Part shown: piece after piece, positions 56,636 through 64,000 of the stretch
How the letters are laid out: every line of letters starts with the position of its first letter
Position numbering within the stretch: the first letter of the stretch is position 1
Source of the DNA: the human T2T-CHM13v2.0 reference genome, Homo sapiens
NCBI RefSeq assembly: GCF_009914755.1
Contig: NC_060925.1
DNA length: 64,000 nt
Strand: one strand, 5' to 3'
The notes under the pieces: model-generated
Databases searched by the model: none
Seen by the model: only the letters and a program-made list of their open reading frames with translations
What the model was told of the DNA's origin: nothing
Translations under genes and position numbers: made by a program

Positions 56636-57950
56636 GATATATATCTATATATATATAATATATAAATATATATGATATATATCTATATATATATAATATA
56701 TAAATATATATGATATATATCTATATATATATAATATATAAATATATATGATATATATCTATATATATATAATATATAAATATATATGATATATATATCT
56801 ATATATATATAATATATAAATATATATGATATATATCTATATATATAATATATAAATATATATGATATATATCTATATATATCATATATAAATATATATG
56901 ATATATAAATATATATGATATATATCTATATATATCATATATAAATATATATGATATATAAATATATATGATATATATCTATATATCATATATAAATATA
57001 TATGATATATAGATATATATCATATATAAATATATATGATATATATCTATATATTATATAAATATATATGATATATATCTATATATATTATATAAATATA
57101 TATGATATCTATATATCATATATAAATATATGATATCTATCTATATATATCATATATAAATACATATGATATCTATCTATATATCATATATAAATACATA
57201 TGATATCTATATATCATATATAAATACATATGATATCTATCATATATAAATACATATGATATCTATATATCATATATAAATACATATGATATCTATCTAT
57301 ATATCATATATAAATACATATGATATCTATCTATATATCATATATAAATACATATGATATCTATCTATATATCATATATAAATACATATGATATCTATCT
57401 ATATATCATATATAAATACATATGATATCTATCTATATATCATATATAAATACATATGATATCTATCTATATATCATATATAAATACATATATCTATCTA
57501 TATATCATATATAAATACATATATCTATCTATATATCATATATAAATACATATATCTATCTATATATCATATATAAATACATATGATATCTATCTATATA
57601 TCATATATAAATACATATGATATCTATCTGTATCATATATAAATACATATGATATCTATCTATATATCATATATAAATACATATGATATCTATCTGTATC
57701 ATATATAAATACATATGATATCTGTATAATATATAAATACATATGATATCTGTATAATATATAAATACATATGATATCTATCTGTATAATATATAAATAC
57801 ATATATCTATCTGTATAATATATAAATACATGATATCTATCTATATATAATATATAAATACATATGATATATATCTATATAATATATAAATACATATGAT
57901 ATATATCTATATAATATATACATTATATGTAACATAAATATAAATATATA
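56636..57950. repeat. AT-rich minisatellite, ~30-38-bp units (e.g. ATATCTATCTATATATCATATATAAATACATATG)
   Basis: Directly visible tandem units that drift along the array; ends ~55 nt before the exon 7 acceptor. Confidence 0.95.
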
Positions 57951-58004
57951 TTTTTTTTAAATCAGGTCTCCAGATTAACAGTGAGTTTTTTTGTCTTAAC
58001 TTAG

Positions 58005-58159
58005 GTGTATACTCTTGATGTACCAGATGCATTCTATTACTGTTATAGTCCAGACCCTGGTAATGCAAAGGGAAAAGATGCCATTATGGAAACAATGGCT
58101 GACCAGATAGTTACAGTGTGTGCCACCTTGGATGAAAATCCCGGAGTAAGATATAAAAG
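58005..58159 (+). CDS. STXBP3: STXBP3 exon 7 (VYTLDVPDAFYYCY...VCATLDENPGVRYK)
   Basis: cttag| and |gtaaga; 155 nt; Sec1 motif CATL-x-E-x-P-x-VRY. Confidence 0.96.
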
Positions 58160-58668
58160 GTAAGACACTGAGCATCTGCACATGTTATGCTTCCTATTTA
58201 CCATTCATTATAGAGGTAAGTAATGTGTCTGTACCTTGGCATGTTGGTTTGCAAAATTTATTTTCTTTGTATGATTACCATGCTCTACATATAGGAGATT
58301 TAAAGCTTGTGGTTTAAATTTCAGACTAGCAAATAGCTTCTGTTACTGAATTTCGGAGCCTAAATTTGGTACAATTTACGGACGGTTTTTCATCAGTTTA
58401 AAGAACGCTTAGAGGAAATGTCTTTATAGTCACATAGGGAATACAGTGTTACAGTTAATGTTTTTCATTAAATCACCAACAAATTTAAATGACCATATTC
58501 TCTGGATACCTGTTACAATGTCAAAGTATCTATAGTATCTAATCTGCCTATTCTAAATAAATTTTGGGGTTTTCTTAAGGGGTAAAATTTAACTTTAGTA
58601 CTATATACCTTGACTTATATACTTCTTTTTAAAAATGAAGTTTACTATAAAGTGCCTAAATTGTCTAT

Positions 58669-59243
58669 ACAGTAAGTCCTCACTTAAAATGTTGTTGATA
58701 GGTTCTTGTTAACTGACAAAACCAATTTTACCATAGGCTAATTGATATAAACAAGAATTAAGTTCCTTGGTTATGTAATGTCACCAAACTTCTACATAAA
58801 GACCTGAAACACTTCGAATATTAAACATTGAAAGAAATGTGACTATATGTACATTTAAGAAAGATTAATAAAAACAGGATCATTTTTTTGCCCAGTTATT
58901 CTAGTTCAGGCTCATTAGAAGGATGGCCAGAGCTCATCCCAGCAGCTCATGGCACAAGGCAGGAACCCACCCAGATTATAGGATACCATCCCATTGCAGG
59001 GCACACTACACACACATCCACACTCACTCGACTGGGACAATTTAGACATGCCAGTTAACCAAACATGCTGCACATCTTTGGGATGTGGGAGGAAACCAGA
59101 GTACCAGGAGAAAACCCATGCAGACGTGGAGGGATCATGCAAACGCCACACAGACAGTGGCCTCAGCCAGGAATCTTTTTTTTTTCCTCTGCATTATATC
59201 GAGATGACGAACAAAATGACATTATTTGAGGACGTGCTAGATA
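58669..59243. mobile_element. MER6/MER6A-like TcMar-Tigger fossil
   Basis: Ends cagtaagtcctcacttaa... and ...ttatttgaggacgtgct; internal tttgggatgtgggaggaaaccagagtacc. Confidence 0.72.
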
Positions 59244-59961
59244 TGGCATGTTAATTCATTCCAAAATGAACATATCCATCTAACCCTACCAAGGTCAAAA
59301 AAATAGAACATTAACAGCATCTCAGAGGCCTCTCTTGTGATCCCTCCCAGCTCTCCCGTCCCTTTTCTTCCCTAGAGATGACTACCATCTGACTTTTAAC
59401 ACATAGTTAAATTTTGCTTGATTTTGAGCTGGTATAAATGGAACCACATGATATTTTTTGTTTTTGACTTCTTTGCACAACATTATTTTCTGAGAGTCAT
59501 CCATGTTTGTTGTGTGTGCCAGGCAGTTTTAGTTTTAATTTTGGTCTGCTAGTTCATGTGTGACCCTCTCGCCTCAGTTTCCTTATCTATGAAATAAGAA
59601 TGATAATAATACCTACCATATACAGTTGTTTTTAGAATTAAATGAATTAATATCTGTAAAGCATTCAGCACTAATAAATATGGTAGTAAATATATTGCAC
59701 TACTCGTAATAAGTATTACTCATTTGTCTTTTAAAAAGTCCTTTAATTTGAACATTGGCATTTGTCAAGTTAGCTGGCTGAACTGTTTAATTTTAAATTC
59801 ATGTAGTACTTTAAGTCACATTACTCTTCACTTACCATTTAAAAATTCCACTATTAGTACTTAGAAAAAGTATAGTGATCTCCTTGGAGATTAAGTTATC
59901 TCCTTAATTCAGGTATTACCAGACAAGCTCTTTATTCATACCTTGGGTATTAGAAACATTC

Positions 59962-60091
59962 TTTTTCTCTCTTTCTTTCCTTTTTTTTTTTTTTTTTTTG
60001 AGATGGGGGTCTCTATGTGTTGCCCAGGCTGGTCTCAAACTCCTGGGCTCAAGCAATCCACCTGCCTCTGCCTCCCAAAGTGCTGGGATTA
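59962..60091 (-). mobile_element. Alu left-arm/FLAM fragment
   Basis: T tract plus antisense Alu monomer. Confidence 0.8.
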
Positions 60092-60619
60092 TCTTTTTCT
60101 TGTCAGAGATGTGCTAATTACATTCTGGACTCAGTGGAGCTAAGTGGTTTGGCTCCTGTTAAGGGTTTAGTAACTGTTGAAGCTTCTACTGTTGGTGATT
60201 GGTTACGTTCGGGGAAATGAGTAAATATAGCCAATTTATAATTTTATCACTCACATAAGGGCTAGTTTTGAGTTATGCTAATAAATAATCTGTAATCCTG
60301 TCTTTTAAAATTCTACCTGTTTCCACAAAATATTCCTTTACGCTTTATAAAGTATAATTTAAAAATGAAGTTTCTTTCTTTTGAAAATATAGTACAAAGA
60401 GTTTAATTTATTGTACAATTAATTTATTGTACAATTTATTGTACAGAGTTTAATTATTGTACAAAGAGTTGAATTACCCTTTATAGATGTTACATTATTT
60501 ATTTTTAAGGTATACAACCTAAAGATTCTGTAAAACTTTGAAGCCCTCACAATGAGACCTCCCATTTTTGAGGTTGTTATGCTGGTGAAGAGCCTTTTTC
60601 TTTCTCTCTCTCTTTTTTC

Positions 60620-61096
60620 TTAAATAATTTTTGTGGATACATAGTAGGTGTATATATTTATGGGGTACGTGACACATTTTGATACAGACATACAATGCAT
60701 AATAGTCACATCAGGGTAAACGGGATATCTATCACCTCAAGCATTTATCCTTTCTTTGTGATAAAAACAATCCAATTATACTCTTAGTTATTTTTAAATA
60801 TACTGTAGTCACCCTGTTGTGCTATCAAATACTAGATCTTACTCATTCTACCTATATTTTTGTACCCATTACCCATCCCCACTAAACAGTCACCCACCAC
60901 TCCTGCCCCTTTCCAGCCTCTGGTAACCATCTTTCTACTTTCTGCATGAGAATTGTTTTCATTTTTAGCTCCCGGAAGCAAGTGAGAACATGCGAAATGT
61001 TCTTTCAGTGCCTGGCTTATTTCGCTTAACATGGTGACCGCCAGTTCCATCCATGTTGTTGTAAATGTCAAGATCCATTCTTTTTTATGGCTGAAA
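60620..61096 (-). mobile_element. L1M (L1MA-like) 3'-end fragment
   Basis: atacatagtaggtgtatatatttatggggtac...ccagcctctggtaaccat...gtgagaacatgcg...ccagttccatccatgttgttg. Confidence 0.8.
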
Positions 61097-61656
61097 CATT
61101 TGTTTCAGTATTTGTAATAGTGTAATAAGAATGACTCATATGTCCATCTTTAGAGGAATCGATACATAGAATCCAATATAATCATGATGGAATACTGTAT
61201 AGGAGATAAAATGAATAAATCCGATATGTGTGTCAATGTCAATGTAGATAAATCTCAAACACACACACACACACACATACATATGAAACAGAAATGACTG
61301 GAGGGAGAATACACATGAAATTAATTATAATGGTTGCCTTGGTTTGAGGCAGGGGTATGGGAGAGGACCAGGACTTAGGAGTGGAATAAAAGGAACTGCA
61401 ACTTTACATGTAATATTTTATTTCCTTTATATTAAAAAATCTGAAGCAGATATGATAAGGTTTTTCCTTGTAAATTCCAAATATATCGATATAAGATTAT
61501 TTGATATATTATCTGAACTTTTACATGTTTATAAAATAATTTTTCATTTTGTAAACATTTTTTAAATTTCAGTTTAATTTTAGAATTAAACTTCATGATA
61601 TTATAAAGTATACACTGAAAGAAAGATAATTGTTTGATCCTTTTTTCCATTTCTAG

Positions 61657-61747
61657 TAAACCTCTAGATAATGCCAGTAAGCTTGCACAGCTTGTTGAAA
61701 AAAAGCTTGAAGACTACTACAAGATTGATGAAAAGAGCCTAATAAAG
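61657..61747 (+). CDS. STXBP3: STXBP3 exon 8 (SKPLDNASKLAQLVEKKLEDYYKIDEKSLIK); gene continues beyond window
   Basis: ttctag| and |gtaatg; 91 nt; exons 1-8 sum to 684 nt = 228 codons; contains Tyr219, a known Munc18c phosphorylation site. Confidence 0.95.
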
Positions 61748-64000
61748 GTAATGTATGCAAGGCAAGTAATGACTATGCATAAAGTCTGTCTTATTTCTTT
61801 ATAAGCCAAAGAAACTTGCTCATTCATTTTCTAGTATTGATTTGGGAGTCATTAACATAGATCTCCAATACTGATTTGAGAATCATTAACATACACAATC
61901 GTGCAAACCTTAATAGATGGTATGGTTTAGAGGGGGATCTATTAACTAACAGATTTTGAAGTCAGCACTGTGTCCAAATCTAGTTCTGCCGTTTAATTCA
62001 TAGTTAATGTCTATTTGGGCAAATTATGTAACTTCTATGTAACTACATTTTCTTTTCTATAAAATGGGGATAATAAAAGAATACCTATTTTAAAAGTTAT
62101 GATTAAATGAGTTAATACATGGAAAGTCCTTAGAATAATGCTTGCCAATGTGTAAACATTTAATAAATGTAGGAATTCCTATTATCACTAGTTCTGTGAC
62201 CTTGAGTTTTCCATCTGTGAAATAGATGAAATAATATATACCTTGCTAGGCGGTATGAGGATTAAGTTAGCATGTAAGTATTTGGCACCAATGTGAATTT
62301 AATAAATGGCAGCCATTGTTATCCTATGGAAATAATATAATCAAAGACTAAGGTTGAAATCTGGGAAATACCAGCATTTACATGTGGGTGAGAGAATGAA
62401 GAGCTTGAGGAGACTGACAGAGGTGGTGCCAGAGGCCTAGGAAGCCATATTACAGTAGCTGGAGAATGAAGAAAAGGAACTGTTGCTAGTTTAGAAGAGG
62501 AGTTGTGCCAGGAAACCACCAATTACAATACTGTGTAATAAGTGGAATGAGAGAAGAATATACAGAGTATAATGGGAATATAGTCCCGGGCTTATCTTCT
62601 AAACTGGAGTGTTGGAAGGCATCCCAAGAAGAAGAGGCCCTTTAGCTTGAAGAATGAAGTAACATGATAAAGAGGGAGTTCATTGCATGGAAAACAGGAT
62701 TCTTCAGGTAGAGGCAATAGAGAAAAAGGCAAAATCCACAATTAAACAGTGTGGCTGGAATGGAAGATATAAACTTAGATGTTAGGTTAGTTACCTTAAA
62801 AGTAACCTGTTTTTGGTTTAGAGGCCTGGTGAAGGCTGTTATTCTGGTTGTAGTTTTGAAGACAGAATGGCTTAGTACACATCGTAGATAGTGAATAAAT
62901 GTTTGTTGAATGAAGAGATATACAATCAAATATGCTTTTAGTCCTTCATGTTTTCAGTGGAAAAAGAGCAAAATCCACAAAAATTAAACTTGTCCTTTCC
63001 ACTCTTTCTGCCTGGAAAATTAATCATCCTTCAAATACTTGATACCTTTCCTTTATTCAGGGACACCTGATAAAGTGATAAAGTGTCACCTCATTTTTGA
63101 AGCCTTCCTTGACTCTTCAGGCCAAGTGTTGCTTCCTCCCACATGCTATCATAAGCCCTAAGCCTGCTATAGAATTTATATTGCACTTTTTCCTGTTTAT
63201 ATTTCTGAAGATTCATAGCTCATATTTTTGAGGGCTTACTGTGCTGTGTTTCATAGTATGATTATGTTTAACCTTTTCAGTCATCTTATAAGGCAAAGAT
63301 TCCATAATTGTGGTTCATTTTACAAAGAGAATACTGCCATGTAAACAGGATAAGCATTTTGTCCAAACTTGTACTGCAAGATGTGGTCAAGGCTGGACTC
63401 AGATTCAGACCTAGCTGATTTCCAAGGCTGTGCTCTGAACCACCATATCATACTGTCTCAAAATTTAATTAAATTAATGTGCTTAATTTTAAAATATTTT
63501 AAAAATCTAGCCTATAAAATTTACTTGTTATATGTAAATAAATAGAAAATGTTTGTATAATGATCTGTAGTTATCTGTTATTGCTTTGAATACTAATCCA
63601 AAGAATTTATTACTTTTTAAAATGAAATAGGAAAGATACTGACATTAACAATAAATGTTTCCAGCACTGTTATTCACTGTTTAGTGATTAGTGATGTTTG
63701 CGAATTAATGATAACAAGGCTTTCATTGTGATTTATCATCTTAGTTGGTATCAGTACAGTCTTTTAAAATAGCATAATGGATAAGAGCACAGATGTTGGA
63801 GCAAACCTGCATTTGAATCTCCATTCTGCCTCTTACTACCTGTGTGATTTGGGCAAGTTAGTTCATTTCAGACCGCAATGCCCTCATGGTCAACTGGAGA
63901 TAATAATGCCTGTCTCACAGGATTACTAAAAGAATTAAATGAAATAATCCATGTATTTTTGTTTAGTAAAATGTCTAATATTTAGAGCTCAAATAGTAGC

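Noticed and set aside
61741-61746. AATAAA at the end of STXBP3 exon 8
   Set aside because: Coding (L-I-K) and adjacent to a 5' splice site; no evidence of use as a poly(A) signal.

Overview
Human-like (primate) genomic DNA, not microbial: Alu, L1, MIR, MER and MLT repeats surround two tandem + strand spliced genes. (1) The 3' part of FNDC7: eight symmetric phase-1 exons of 255-261 nt, each encoding one FN3 module, then a 30-nt microexon, a stop exon ending ...VIYRGKRNEE* and a probable 83-nt 3'UTR intron (3024-~28000). The start codon and signal peptide lie upstream of the window. (2) The CpG-island promoter and coding exons 1-8 of STXBP3 (Munc18c; 228 codons, 31982-61747), continuing past the window. 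STXBP3 intron 6 holds an antisense processed pseudogene of NANP inside a five-layer nest of insertions, and a ~1.3-kb AT-rich minisatellite with a 66-nt near-perfect palindrome just upstream of exon 7. I found no convincing new multi-gene system. The best leads are: exon-by-exon cysteine covariation predicting a disulfide-stapled FN3 rod in FNDC7; its C-terminal RGKR processing motif; the nested NANP retrocopy; two tiny TSD-flanked poly(A) insertions of unknown origin; the palindromic minisatellite; and a kB-CRE-kB arrangement in the STXBP3 promoter. Exon coordinates were read by hand from splice sites. Repeat boundaries and subfamilies are approximate and based on recalled consensus sequences.
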